Below are positions 43,677 to 52,424 of a stretch of 54,276 nt of DNA, piece after piece. The stretch spans positions 1-54,276 of IMG/VR virus record IMGVR_UViG_3300048895_000205. The stretch is one strand, 5' to 3'. This DNA is from a virus. Its lineage: Duplodnaviria > Caudoviricetes. Position 1 is the first letter of the stretch; every line of letters starts with the position of its first letter. Below the pieces are notes generated by a model. It ran no database searches. It was given only the letters and a program-made list of their open reading frames with translations, and had not been told where the DNA came from. Both the position numbers and the translations under genes were made by a program.

Positions 43677-44018
43677 ATGAACTTGAAAAATCCCCACGTG
43701 ATCTGGGCTTCTGTGGCGATTGTCTTCATGCTCATCGCCGGGTCCGTCACCCTGACCGCGCTCGGCAAAGACACGGCGGTCATCCTGTCCCTGGCCGCCG
43801 TGGTCGCGGCCCCGGTCCTTGGGGCATTCGGCGTGGCGATCTATCAGAAGGTCGACCAGGTCAAGGACCTCGCCAACGGGACCACGGCCGAACTTCAGCG
43901 ACAGCTGAACGAAGCCCACCAGAAGGCGATCGAGCTGGCCCAGCAGATCCCCACGCCGATCGTCCCTGACGGCACCACGACCACGACCACGACCACACAT
44001 ACGGAGCCGAGCATCTGA
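43677..44018 (+). CDS. holin-like two-TM protein
   Basis: two hydrophobic helices, follows lysin. Confidence 0.7.
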   Translation: MNLKNPHVIWASVAIVFMLIAGSVTLTALGKDTAVILSLAAVVAAPVLGAFGVAIYQKVDQVKDLANGTTAELQRQLNEAHQKAIELAQQIPTPIVPDGTTTTTTTTHTEPSI

Positions 44019-44389
44019 TGCCAGGCTCGATCCGCGAGTACACCTACACGGTCAAGCCAGAAGCGGACGACCTGGCCCGGGTGGCCGGACAAGCTCGGCG
44101 CGTGCTCGGATGGGCGTGTGACGGCGACAAGCGGATCACCTGCTACGGGGTGAAGGGTGACGCCCTGGGTGTGCTCCAGCTCAGCTTCACCGTGCGGGCG
44201 CGCGACCAGTGGTACTCCCGGGAGCTGGCTCAGGACATACTGAACATGGTCACCTGGGGCCTGGCCAACAAGGCCGAGGTCCAGCTCCAGTCCGAGCGGC
44301 TGCCGCCGCACGAGATGCGCGGTTATCTGTATGGGAGAACGAAGAGATGGCGCGATCGATCATCCAGTTCGTCCGCCTCACCCGCGTAG
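44018..44389 (+). CDS. hypothetical protein
   Basis: TGATG overlap; good codon bias. Confidence 0.7.
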   Translation: MPGSIREYTYTVKPEADDLARVAGQARRVLGWACDGDKRITCYGVKGDALGVLQLSFTVRARDQWYSRELAQDILNMVTWGLANKAEVQLQSERLPPHEMRGYLYGRTKRWRDRSSSSSASPA

Positions 44390-44682
44390 CGTTCTCCGTC
44401 AATCCGACCGCGACCACGCTGGACAACGTCAACGGGAACTTCTCAGCCAACGACGGCGGCACGTTCCTGGAGCTGAACAACACGGCCGGCGCCACGCGCA
44501 CCGTCTCGGTGGAGGTCCCCGGAGACGTCGATGCCGACCTGCCAGTCAGCTCGCGGACGTTCACGCTGCTGGCTGGACAGGTCGGCAAGACCGGAGTGTT
44601 CCCCCGCGAGGTCTACGGCTCGCAGCTCCTGGTCGACGTCAGCGGTACCGGCGTCACCGCGGTCGCGTACTCGATCCGCTAA
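44347..44682 (+). CDS. putative virion decoration protein
   Basis: MARS...D..NG....NDG..FL..N..TV.V..P..VD...G.FP...YG. Confidence 0.65.
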   Translation: MARSIIQFVRLTRVAFSVNPTATTLDNVNGNFSANDGGTFLELNNTAGATRTVSVEVPGDVDADLPVSSRTFTLLAGQVGKTGVFPREVYGSQLLVDVSGTGVTAVAYSIR

Positions 44683-45002
44683 CCGCGCTTGTGGTGCGTG
44701 GGTCGGGCGGCGGGCTGGAAGTTGTCCGGCACGGTCTCCAGGCGGTTTTCGATCTGGGCCACGCCCGGCCAGACCTCGGTGACCGCGCCTTCCTCCCAGA
44801 CCATGTCCCAGTTGACGAAGGCCGCGACGATGCGGCGTTCGTCGACGAATGTTAGGACGGGGTCAGCTCCGGTCGACGCGTACTCGGAAACGTTGAAACT
44901 GTCGGCCGTGACCTCGAAGTGCTGGCTACTCCGCTGGTTCTCCGGCCCTATCCACTGGCTCTTCGTCACTCGGAACTTCTTCCGTGACTGCTCGTCCGCC
45001 AT
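44679..45002 (-). CDS. hypothetical protein
   Basis: GAGGAG SD; converges with the late arm. Confidence 0.65.
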   Translation of the reverse strand: MADEQSRKKFRVTKSQWIGPENQRSSQHFEVTADSFNVSEYASTGADPVLTFVDERRIVAAFVNWDMVWEEGAVTEVWPGVAQIENRLETVPDNFQPAARPTHHKRG

Positions 45003-45564
45003 TGCTCTGCTCCTCGTATGCGACTAGTGCTTCGTAGGCTCGACGGCACCAGTCGGCGTCGTCGATCGCCCGATGGGCGTTGGTGGGATCGCGGGGCAAC
45101 ACGTTGGGTCGGCCCAACCGCTCGTGCTCCTGGACGATGTCCAAGGTGAACATGGGCATGCCGGCGGGCAGGTCGGTCATGCTGCCGAACAGCTGGCACA
45201 GCACCACGTGGTCATAGGCTCCGTAAGCGGCCCACAGTTCGGCTTTGCCGTCCTCGCCGACACAGAACTCCTTGACCATCTGCGCGATGGTGTCGGCGGC
45301 GACCACGTTCTGGATGTCCTCGTGCTCGGTGTCCCACTCCACGATGGCGTTGAGCTGACCGTGCGAGCTGCCCGAGAGCCGGATCGGAAGGTACGGCACC
45401 ACGTTCATCTGGAGCCACGGGTGACGGACCAGGTTGGACAGGCTCATGTCAGCGTTAATCAGGTAGAGCTGCGCTCCGTCCTCGCGCACCATGCCGATCG
45501 AGATAAGACTGATCGGTAGTTCAGGTCCCCGCTCCAAGAATTCAGTGTCGTACCAAACCTTCAT
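44926..45564 (-). CDS. DEDDh 3'-5' exoribonuclease (RNase AS/DUF5051-like)
   Basis: YDTEF, LISIG.V.EDG, AYDHV.LCQL.G.M..LP, HRAIDDA. Confidence 0.88.
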   Translation of the reverse strand: MKVWYDTEFLERGPELPISLISIGMVREDGAQLYLINADMSLSNLVRHPWLQMNVVPYLPIRLSGSSHGQLNAIVEWDTEHEDIQNVVAADTIAQMVKEFCVGEDGKAELWAAYGAYDHVVLCQLFGSMTDLPAGMPMFTLDIVQEHERLGRPNVLPRDPTNAHRAIDDADWCRRAYEALVAYEEQSNGGRAVTEEVPSDEEPVDRAGEPAE

Positions 45565-46190
45565 TCGGGTAGCTGCCTTTCGGTCACGTAGCTAGGGGCG
45601 ATCTCCTGACACAAGAGGGCCAAGCGCCGGAGCAAGTCCGGAATCCGGGCCGCCACAATCATGTCTTCGGTCATCTCGTAGTTCTCCGGTAGTTCTCCCC
45701 GGCGTCGGACGACAGTCAGCATGCGTCCATCCAGGGTGTAGCAGATCACGAAACGGATCTCCACGCGCTCTGGGTGGACGTGGACTTGTTTCGTAAGGGA
45801 AGCTTCGAGAGCGTTCTCCGCGGTCGCGGGGATCAACCAGCCCTCGTTCATGATCAGGATGCCGAAGAAGCTCTCGGGCAGCACGTTGCGAAATAGCTCC
45901 GTCCCTGCCTGATCGCGCTCCTTCAGCAGCTCGACCAGGTAGGGCAGGTGCCGGCTCATGTCGTCGAGGACAATCTCCGGCACCGGGAACGTCCGCAGGC
46001 CCAGCGCCTCGGGGAAGCTGAAGACCGTCATGATCTCCGCCCGCTGGTCCCAGCCGGCAACCTCGGCCGCCGCCTCCATGCCCTGCATGGCCATCAGGAC
46101 CGCGTCCGCATCTTCTCCGACGCCAGACATCACGGTGGTGTTCTCGGGCATAGCGCCCGCGATCGTTTTGAGAAACTTGTCGCTGTGCAC
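45561..46190 (-). CDS. hypothetical protein
   Basis: GTG after GAGGAG; GWDQ, E.W, HPERVEIR. Confidence 0.7.
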   Translation of the reverse strand: MHSDKFLKTIAGAMPENTTVMSGVGEDADAVLMAMQGMEAAAEVAGWDQRAEIMTVFSFPEALGLRTFPVPEIVLDDMSRHLPYLVELLKERDQAGTELFRNVLPESFFGILIMNEGWLIPATAENALEASLTKQVHVHPERVEIRFVICYTLDGRMLTVVRRRGELPENYEMTEDMIVAARIPDLLRRLALLCQEIAPSYVTERQLPE

Positions 46191-46211
46191 GTTCTTTCTC
46201 CTCGTGGGGTG

Positions 46212-46250
46212 CCGGGGAGCGCGCTCACCCCACACAAACGCGCTCCCCGG
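46212..46250 (-). terminator. hairpin
   Basis: CCGGGGAGCGCG/CGCGCTCCCCGG inverted repeat just after a stop. Confidence 0.55.
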
Positions 46251-46255
46251 GGCTT

Positions 46256-46618
46256 CTACTGATCCAGCGTGTACGGCTGCGGCGGCTGGTTGAGGATGGC
46301 GTCCGCGATGGCCACGCACTTGCTGTGCAGCATCGTGCCGCCGAAGCTACCGAGCTGTCGAGACAGGGCGTCCCGGATCTGGGTTGCCGTGTTGGCGTGG
46401 ACGGACTGGAGGCCGGCGAACAGCTCCGGCAGGACTGTCATGGCGGTCGTCCGAGCCGCGATCAGGGCGGCCTCCTGGGCGGCCCGCTCGATGGTGGCCA
46501 GCATGCTCGATAGCTGGACCTCACTGAAGCCGGCCTGGCCGGCTCGCAGACCCAGGAGCGAGTACTCCTCTCGGGACACGATCCGCGAGCCGATCGCGCC
46601 GGGTTCGATGGCGTTCAC
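46256..46618 (-). CDS. hypothetical protein
   Basis: GTGA overlap; codon bias. Confidence 0.65.
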   Translation of the reverse strand: MNAIEPGAIGSRIVSREEYSLLGLRAGQAGFSEVQLSSMLATIERAAQEAALIAARTTAMTVLPELFAGLQSVHANTATQIRDALSRQLGSFGGTMLHSKCVAIADAILNQPPQPYTLDQ

Positions 46619-46770
46619 TGTGTGTCGCCAGGGATCGGGATGAGCTTAGCCAGGACGGCCTCGCCAAGGTCGACGGTGCGCTGGGCGATCTTCAGTCGGT
46701 TCAGCGTCTCTGCGACCGCGTACACGACCACGCCTGTGACGGCGGCCTTGGCGATGAGCTTGATGATCAT
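46615..46770 (-). CDS. small hydrophobic protein (51 aa)
   Basis: MIIKLIAKAAVTGVVVYAV...; GAGGAG SD. Confidence 0.65.
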   Translation of the reverse strand: MIIKLIAKAAVTGVVVYAVAETLNRLKIAQRTVDLGEAVLAKLIPIPGDTQ

Positions 46771-46796
46771 TGGTCTCTCTCCTCTGGGGGGACTTA

Positions 46797-46961
46797 CTAC
46801 TTGTTCCTGTCGCGCTTGTAGCGCTCGGCGTTCTCCCGGGCGATCCGCTGGTTCTCCCGGTCCCGGGCGGCCCGTTCCGATTCCGCCCGGTCCCGTTCGC
46901 GACGGCGCAGAGCCTCCTGGGCCTGTTCGACGGCCCTGCGCTTGGTCTCCTCGTCGGTCAC
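46797..46961 (-). CDS. small E/R-rich helical protein (54 aa)
   Basis: hand-translated MTDEETKRRAVEQAQEALRRRERDR...; GTGA overlap. Confidence 0.65.
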   Translation of the reverse strand: MTDEETKRRAVEQAQEALRRRERDRAESERAARDRENQRIARENAERYKRDRNK

Positions 46962-47149
46962 TTGTTCTTCCCGCCGCGATCGGTACGGCGGCGAGCTTCC
47001 TCGGCCTCCTGCTGGATGCGCTTCTGGGCCTCGGCGCGAGCGCGGTCGGCCCGCTCCTGTTCGGCCTTGGCCGCCGCGATTTCGGCGTTCTCCCGAGCCG
47101 CGGCCTCAGCCGCCCGGCGCGAGCGTTCCCGCTCTTCCTTGTCGCTCAT
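46958..47149 (-). CDS. small E/R/A-rich helical protein
   Basis: MSDKEERERSRR...; ATGA overlap. Confidence 0.7.
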   Translation of the reverse strand: MSDKEERERSRRAAEAAARENAEIAAAKAEQERADRARAEAQKRIQQEAEEARRRTDRGGKNK

Positions 47150-47367
47150 TTCTTGCCCTTCTTCGCTTGCTGCTGGCGCTCGTACTCCGCCGCCTTGGCA
47201 GCAGCCTTGGCGGCCCGCTCGCGCTCCTGACGCTCCCGAGCTTCACGGTTGGCCTGCGCTCGCGCCTCCTGACCTGCCTTCTGGGCCGCGATCCGTTCGG
47301 CTCGCTGGCGCTCCCTAGCCTCGGCGGCCTCGCGCTTCTGGCGGTCTTCTTGGGACTCTCTGACCAC
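47146..47367 (-). CDS. small E/R/A-rich helical protein
   Basis: GTG after AGGAGG. Confidence 0.7.
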   Translation of the reverse strand: MVRESQEDRQKREAAEARERQRAERIAAQKAGQEARAQANREARERQERERAAKAAAKAAEYERQQQAKKGKK

Positions 47368-47375
47368 GTTTCCTC

Positions 47376-48293
47376 CTACGAAGTGATGATCGTTCCGTCT
47401 GAGCCCATGATCATGTGACAGTTCGGGTTCTGACCGCACGCCTGTGCGATCTGGAGCTGGATCTGAGCCTTCTGCAAGGCGACCCAGGCCGGGTTGTTGT
47501 ACAGGTCACGCTGCTTGGCCGCCGCGTCGACCTGGCCCTGCGCCGCAGCGACCTGCGCCGCCGCCTGCTCGATAGCCTTCTGCTTGGCGTTACGAGCGTC
47601 CTGGATGCCCGGGTCCGAGTAGTCCACGTCCTTGATCGACACGGCGACCTGGGGGCAGTCGGGCTTGGCTCGGTTGAAGGTTGGACCGCAGAAGAAGTTG
47701 CCGCCGGACAGGCGAGTCAGTTCCTCGGAGAAGACTTTCTCGAACAGCGGCTCGGCCTGGTCCCAGACCGTGCCGGCAACCAGCTCGTCCGCGGTGTACC
47801 CGCGCAGCGTGTTCTTGGCCTTCTCCAGCGCCGGCTCGACCGTGTTCATCAGCATGTTGGTCCAGCCGTCCGTGGTGTCGGCCTGGTACCGCTTGCCGAT
47901 ACTCTGCCACCACTGCACGAGCGGAGAGCTGGTGTCCTTGTCGTCGTTGCCGCAGAACGTGTTCAGCTTGAACGAGGTCTGGGTCCAGACCAGGACCTGC
48001 GTACCGGATGTCTGGCCGGCATCGGGCTTGGCGGTCAGCGTAAGCGGGACGTTGGTATCCCCGCCCTTCGGCGTCGCGTTCCAGGTCCGCAGATTGTTAG
48101 GAACCCAGTAAACCTTGTCGTTGACCGCGATGTCATCGCTCTTGCCCGGTGGTACACAGTGATCGAAATGATCACCGTCGCTGTTGCCCTGGGCGTACCA
48201 GAGGCCGACCGTGTCCGATGCTGCGCGCTCAGCGCACGCGGTACCGGTGAGCAGCACGGCGACCGCCGCCGCTGCTGCGAGGAACTTCTTCAC
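47376..48293 (-). CDS. SPFH/band-7-like lipoprotein
   Basis: signal peptide ending TGTAC; GFFCGP-like motif; C-terminal A/Q coiled coil. Confidence 0.75.
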   Translation of the reverse strand: MKKFLAAAAAVAVLLTGTACAERAASDTVGLWYAQGNSDGDHFDHCVPPGKSDDIAVNDKVYWVPNNLRTWNATPKGGDTNVPLTLTAKPDAGQTSGTQVLVWTQTSFKLNTFCGNDDKDTSSPLVQWWQSIGKRYQADTTDGWTNMLMNTVEPALEKAKNTLRGYTADELVAGTVWDQAEPLFEKVFSEELTRLSGGNFFCGPTFNRAKPDCPQVAVSIKDVDYSDPGIQDARNAKQKAIEQAAAQVAAAQGQVDAAAKQRDLYNNPAWVALQKAQIQLQIAQACGQNPNCHMIMGSDGTIITS

Positions 48294-48580
48294 TGGGAAC
48301 CCTTCCGGAACTTGGTGTTGTAGCTGGCGACGAGCCTGATTGCTCGCTCGCGATGGATCGTGTTGAGGGTGCTGAACTCGTCCAGATTGATCGGATTGAC
48401 CATGTCGTTCAGCAGGTTCACGGCTTGGCGCAACATGACTGCCCCGGCGAGCCCGGCACGGTCCTCCTTGCGAGCAGTAGCTTCAGCCGATTTGACGCCG
48501 GCCAGAAACGAGAAGAACAGACCGGAGCCCAGGCACATCAGGCCGAAGATCGTCAGGAGAACAACCCGCCACATGGTCAA
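48290..48580 (-). CDS. membrane protein
   Basis: N-terminal TM helix; GAGGA SD. Confidence 0.65.
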   Translation of the reverse strand: MTMWRVVLLTIFGLMCLGSGLFFSFLAGVKSAEATARKEDRAGLAGAVMLRQAVNLLNDMVNPINLDEFSTLNTIHRERAIRLVASYNTKFRKGSQ

Positions 48581-48591
48581 TCCTCAATCTC

Positions 48592-48638
48592 AGGGGTACG
48601 TACCCCTATAGTTTGGAGGCAGGGGTCTGCCTTGTCAA
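48592..48638 (-). promoter_or_regulatory. promoter with downstream palindromic operator
   Basis: TTGACA-N17-CAAACT followed by AGGGGTACGTACCCCT. Confidence 0.65.
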
Positions 48639-48770
48639 CAGGTTGTGGTACTCGGCGTGGATCCTTGTGAATCCCAGAGCAGCACTCCAGCTCAGTCCAC
48701 TTAGGACAGTGCTACAGTGCGGGCAGAATGAGTACCAGCGACCGCCATACTTGAAAATTTTGTACTTCAC
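48606..48770 (-). CDS. small hypothetical protein (54 aa, CPHC)
   Basis: hand-translated MKYKIFKYGGRWYSFCPHC...; GTGA overlap. Confidence 0.55.
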   Translation of the reverse strand: MKYKIFKYGGRWYSFCPHCSTVLSGLSWSAALGFTRIHAEYHNLLTRQTPASKL

Positions 48771-49330
48771 AACGGATCTCCAAAGCCCGCGACCCGGAGC
48801 AAGTACACCATCTGTTCGAGGTACATCGTCCGGTAGTACAGCTCCGGATGATCGCCCAGTCCGACCGGTACCGTCGTCCGGGCGAAGAAGGGCTCGGAGC
48901 GAGTGGCCATGAGAGTCAGGAGAATGCTCGGACGGTGGCTCACCGGCTCCGGCAGGTTGATGTAGTGCCCGTTGAGCGGAACCTTAGCCGCGTACTGCTC
49001 GATCAGCCTGTCGTGCTCGGCCGCGCGCATGACGGCCAGCCAGCGACCGACCCGAGTGGTTCCCATACGTGGCGGCTTGATGATCAGGATTCCGTGCTCC
49101 GCCTTGGCGTTCGCCGTCTCCTGGTGCAGCTCGCGCAGCCACATGCCGAAGTGCATCGCACCGCTGGTGTACTTGACCTCCCAGCAGATCCCCGGCGTGC
49201 CGGCGATGTCGCCCTTGTCCATCGAGCCGCCGAGCGTGCGGCGCTCGCAGTAGGGCCAGCCGTGCGCGGCGAGGTACTCGGCCACGGCCGACTCGGCCAT
49301 GGTGCCGCGGGCCTTGGACTTGTTGACCAC
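48767..49330 (-). CDS. Holliday junction resolvase (PD-(D/E)xK)
   Basis: SK.RGT.AE, ERR, DKGDI, WEVK. Confidence 0.85.
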   Translation of the reverse strand: MVNKSKARGTMAESAVAEYLAAHGWPYCERRTLGGSMDKGDIAGTPGICWEVKYTSGAMHFGMWLRELHQETANAKAEHGILIIKPPRMGTTRVGRWLAVMRAAEHDRLIEQYAAKVPLNGHYINLPEPVSHRPSILLTLMATRSEPFFARTTVPVGLGDHPELYYRTMYLEQMVYLLRVAGFGDPL

Positions 49331-49729
49331 TCAGGCCCGCCGCAGTTGCCGCGACTGGTACTCCCGGTACACATCGGGCCGGGCGGACTTGAGCGTGGTC
49401 GTGTCCAGCTCCATCTTCCTGACTTCGTGCAGGTAGGCCTCGTACAAGTCCGGGTGGTCCTTCCTGAAGTCCTCGCCGCGGAACCCGTTGATGTAGTGGT
49501 AGGTGTACACGGGTTTGCCGTTGAGCGTGATCTCCTCGTTCTCGCCGGCCACGACGCGGACGGCGGCCTTCAGCTCGTCGACCCGGTTCTTCCAGTACTT
49601 CAGGGCCGCCTCGGCCTTCTCCAGCTCGTCGGGAATCCACGGCACTTCGTCCAGCACGCCGGCACCTTCGGGGATCGCGACCGCGTGTTGAGAAAAAGCA
49701 TCGGGTCCGCTAAAGGGTTCCAATTCCAT
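49331..49729 (-). CDS. hypothetical protein
   Basis: GGGAGAG SD; duplicated ..(H/R)PD.Y..Y motif. Confidence 0.7.
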   Translation of the reverse strand: MELEPFSGPDAFSQHAVAIPEGAGVLDEVPWIPDELEKAEAALKYWKNRVDELKAAVRVVAGENEEITLNGKPVYTYHYINGFRGEDFRKDHPDLYEAYLHEVRKMELDTTTLKSARPDVYREYQSRQLRRA

Positions 49730-49793
49730 AAGGCTCTCCCGGGAAAAATTTTGGCGGGGTACTTGCCAGGCCTTCATCGATACATGGAAGTGC

Positions 49794-50231
49794 TTAGTGG
49801 TCGTACACAACCTCCAGCGGGCCATAGGTGTCGTTCAGACCTTGCCAGGTTGTAGCGGCCAGGTTGGCGGTCACCCAGACGCTTCCCCAGTGCTGCCAAG
49901 CCCTTCCGTTGTCGTCGATCACTACCGACCTGACTCCTGGCTCGGGTGGTAGCACTACCCTCACGGCGCCGAGTGGTACGTACACTTCGCTCGCGATACC
50001 GGGGATTTTGAAGGCTATGAACGGAAGCCCCATAAGAGTGCGCTCTTCTCCCGGGTATTGCACGTCCGGCAGATTAGCTAGCCGACCGAGGGTGTATTTC
50101 TTCTCCACCGGGCGTTCCTCTCGATTGACATTGCAGCGTGCGCATTCAGAGTGATAGCGATGGCAATAAATATTGGTGGTGATGAAATGCTTTTTGTTCC
50201 GACAATAAGGATGCCTATGAACGGCCTTCAA
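49794..50231 (-). CDS. hypothetical protein (start uncertain, 50231 or 50108)
   Basis: PEP...SVV.D..G.AWQ...TW..L...YGPL. Confidence 0.6.
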   Translation of the reverse strand: MKAVHRHPYCRNKKHFITTNIYCHRYHSECARCNVNREERPVEKKYTLGRLANLPDVQYPGEERTLMGLPFIAFKIPGIASEVYVPLGAVRVVLPPEPGVRSVVIDDNGRAWQHWGSVWVTANLAATTWQGLNDTYGPLEVVYDH

Positions 50232-50473
50232 AACAACTCCTCCTGCCCTTCCAACACTTCCGGCGGCTTGACGCGGGCGACCTGCGCGCAGTTGGGACAC
50301 AGGTGGGTCGACAACCAGTCGCCGCCTTGCGTAGGACCGTCGTACTGCTTCCATCCGCGCGCCCGACCGCGCGTGATGACCGCAGCCTTGTCGCCGGCCG
50401 CGTCGAGCTTCTCCGGGCACAGGTCGCAGCCCAGAACGTCGCCCTTAAGCCACACGAACTTGCGTCCCATCAT
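50228..50473 (-). CDS. zinc-binding hypothetical protein
   Basis: CDLC...AR..GW...HLCPNC. Confidence 0.65.
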   Translation of the reverse strand: MMGRKFVWLKGDVLGCDLCPEKLDAAGDKAAVITRGRARGWKQYDGPTQGGDWLSTHLCPNCAQVARVKPPEVLEGQEELF

Positions 50474-50633
50474 GTCGAGGCTTGTAGTGCCGCGATCGCT
50501 TTACTCGGGCCGGATAGAACCAGGCGCGGATCATCAGGTCCCCGCAGTGATCCACGGCGCTGAGCAGGCTGGAGCCCAGTGACTGCACGAACTCGTAGAA
50601 TGTGGGACCGGGTTCGTGGTCGTCGTCATCCAC
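50445..50633 (-). CDS. hypothetical protein
   Basis: fills the gap, overlapping both neighbours. Confidence 0.4.
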   Translation of the reverse strand: MDDDDHEPGPTFYEFVQSLGSSLLSAVDHCGDLMIRAWFYPARVKRSRHYKPRHDGTQVRVA

Positions 50634-50970
50634 GGCGAGGTAGCCCTTCTGTTGGGTAACCGCCACCGAGCGACGTGAGCTTCGAAGAAACAGGCATGCC
50701 AATCTCCTCCTGCACGAGCACGGCGCAGACATAGCAGCACAGGAGGGCTCGGGGCTCGTACTGTCGGTAGGTCGCAAGCTGGCGCGGACCTACCCAGATG
50801 TCCCCACCGAACTGGCAGTCTGGATTCGCGCATTGATCGAGCGTGTACAGCTCGGTGATGACAATGGCATCCAGCTCCGGTCCTTGCGGAAGATTGGAAC
50901 GGTCTACCGGGCAACACGCGAGCAGAATCATGTCCATAGTGGACAGATCGAGATTCTCTTCTTCGGTCAT
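50626..50970 (-). CDS. Cys-rich hypothetical protein
   Basis: ATGA overlap; C....C...WVGP...CYVC. Confidence 0.65.
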   Translation of the reverse strand: MTEEENLDLSTMDMILLACCPVDRSNLPQGPELDAIVITELYTLDQCANPDCQFGGDIWVGPRQLATYRQYEPRALLCCYVCAVLVQEEIGMPVSSKLTSLGGGYPTEGLPRRG

Positions 50971-51413
50971 GCCGCCGCCGCCTTGTTGCGCAGATCCTTG
51001 GCCGCGTGCTTGAGGACATCGACCACGTCCCCGAGCGAGGTCTCCTCGTCGTCGTTCCACGCGCTCACGCGGATTACATGAGTCTTATGACCGCGAACGG
51101 AGTCGGCGCGGTTCTTGATGACCTCGGCCGCCGCCTTCCGAGCCAAGGCAAACTGGCGCAGTTCGTCAGCCTCCAAAGAGCCCAATTTAGGCGCCCCGAC
51201 AACCATGGCAGGCTTGAGACCAACCGTGTCGTACCAGATGCCAGCTTCAATGGCCAGGCCACCGATGAGACACGCCTGGGGGGTAAGCTCCGACGCGAGC
51301 GGAAGCCAGCCGAAACCTCCCTTGATCCATTCGACGCGCTCGCTCTCGAACGCGTCGGCGGTACGCTCCAACAGCTCGGCCGCCGGCAGGATGTCGGTCT
51401 TCTTGAAACCCAT
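50967..51413 (-). CDS. hypothetical protein (DUF6197-like, paralog 1)
   Basis: W..G...CLIG...WND....V...L..AAKDLRNK; AAGGAG SD. Confidence 0.75.
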   Translation of the reverse strand: MGFKKTDILPAAELLERTADAFESERVEWIKGGFGWLPLASELTPQACLIGGLAIEAGIWYDTVGLKPAMVVGAPKLGSLEADELRQFALARKAAAEVIKNRADSVRGHKTHVIRVSAWNDDEETSLGDVVDVLKHAAKDLRNKAAAA

Positions 51414-51431
51414 GACTCTCTCCTTTGTGGA

Positions 51432-51758
51432 CTATTCCTTGTTGCGCAGGTCCTTGGCGACGGTCTTCAGCAGGTCGACGACTTCGTCGAGCGTGCGACC
51501 CGGCATGTCGTTCCAGTCGTCGACGCCCGGTCCGTGACCGTTTTCCCGGATGTAGCCGTGCAAGTATTTGAGGGCGAACTCGTACTCCAGGCCATAGCTT
51601 TTCTGGGCGTCCAGCAAGCGGTGTCGCATGGAACCGATCAAGCAATAGCTGTTTGGATGCGCAAGTCGAGTCCGCCGGAAGGCGTGCTGGGTCCAGCCGA
51701 TTTCGCCTGACTCGTAGAGGTCGGCTACCTCTTCGAGGATGTCAGCCGGCGATCTCAT
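51432..51758 (-). CDS. hypothetical protein (DUF6197-like, paralog 2)
   Basis: GWTQ...YCLIG...WND.PGRT..EV..LL...AKDLRNK. Confidence 0.75.
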   Translation of the reverse strand: MRSPADILEEVADLYESGEIGWTQHAFRRTRLAHPNSYCLIGSMRHRLLDAQKSYGLEYEFALKYLHGYIRENGHGPGVDDWNDMPGRTLDEVVDLLKTVAKDLRNKE

Positions 51759-52051
51759 GGTTGTGCCTCTCTCTCGCGGAGCACGGCCTCGACCCAGTCG
51801 AGGATGGCTCGGTACATGTCCTCCGGCGTACCGGAGTTCTTCCCCGTGAAGACTTGGAGGATGGTGGACGCGTGCTGGGCGTCCAGGCGATGCCATAGGT
51901 CGGTCAGGACCGCGACCTCCAGGGCCTTGCGCTTGGCCGGCGTGTTCAGCAGGTCGTGGCGCTCCAGGACTTCGAGCACGTCCTGACCGCTACGCTGGGC
52001 CACACTCACGCACTGGTCAAGTCGCTCACGGGTCTTAGCGTCGATGGCCAT
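51755..52051 (-). CDS. hypothetical protein
   Basis: MAIDAKTRERL...; GGAAGG SD. Confidence 0.7.
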   Translation of the reverse strand: MAIDAKTRERLDQCVSVAQRSGQDVLEVLERHDLLNTPAKRKALEVAVLTDLWHRLDAQHASTILQVFTGKNSGTPEDMYRAILDWVEAVLREREAQP

Positions 52052-52355
52052 GCTGACCTTCCAGTCCGTGCAGGTAGACCTGACAGGCCCAGGCGGGGCC
52101 GGCAATGAAGACGCGGTAGCGACGGCACGTAAGCCGCGTCCACAGGTTCCTTTCGCCGCGCTTGTATGGATCCTTGGCTACCGTGATCAGCAAGCCACTT
52201 TGAGCGTCTTCGTGCCTGGAAGCGATCTCCCCGACCGTCTTGACGACCATGCTGGTGTGCTTGCGATGACCTTCGACGTGCTGCTCGAAAGCCACCCGGT
52301 CCGTGCTCTTGAACTGCGACAGCGCGGCGATCGCGCCGTGAACGCCAAGGATCAT
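52035..52355 (-). CDS. hypothetical protein
   Basis: AGGAGGAAGG SD; first gene after promoter 52425-52454. Confidence 0.7.
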   Translation of the reverse strand: MILGVHGAIAALSQFKSTDRVAFEQHVEGHRKHTSMVVKTVGEIASRHEDAQSGLLITVAKDPYKRGERNLWTRLTCRRYRVFIAGPAWACQVYLHGLEGQHGHRR

Positions 52356-52424
52356 GCCCTTCCTCCTCCTGAGAGACAGCGGCGCGGACCACGACTGTGT
52401 CAGTGATCCGCGCCGTCTGGTTCA

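Noticed and set aside
43973-43996. ACC/ACG trinucleotide-like run in the holin-like gene
   Set aside because: Encodes a poly-Thr tail; ordinary low complexity
2930-49753. Recurring GAAAATTTT-like tracts at ~2931, ~48753 and ~49743
   Set aside because: Only three short copies in unrelated contexts (terminator, CDS, intergenic); no consistent role
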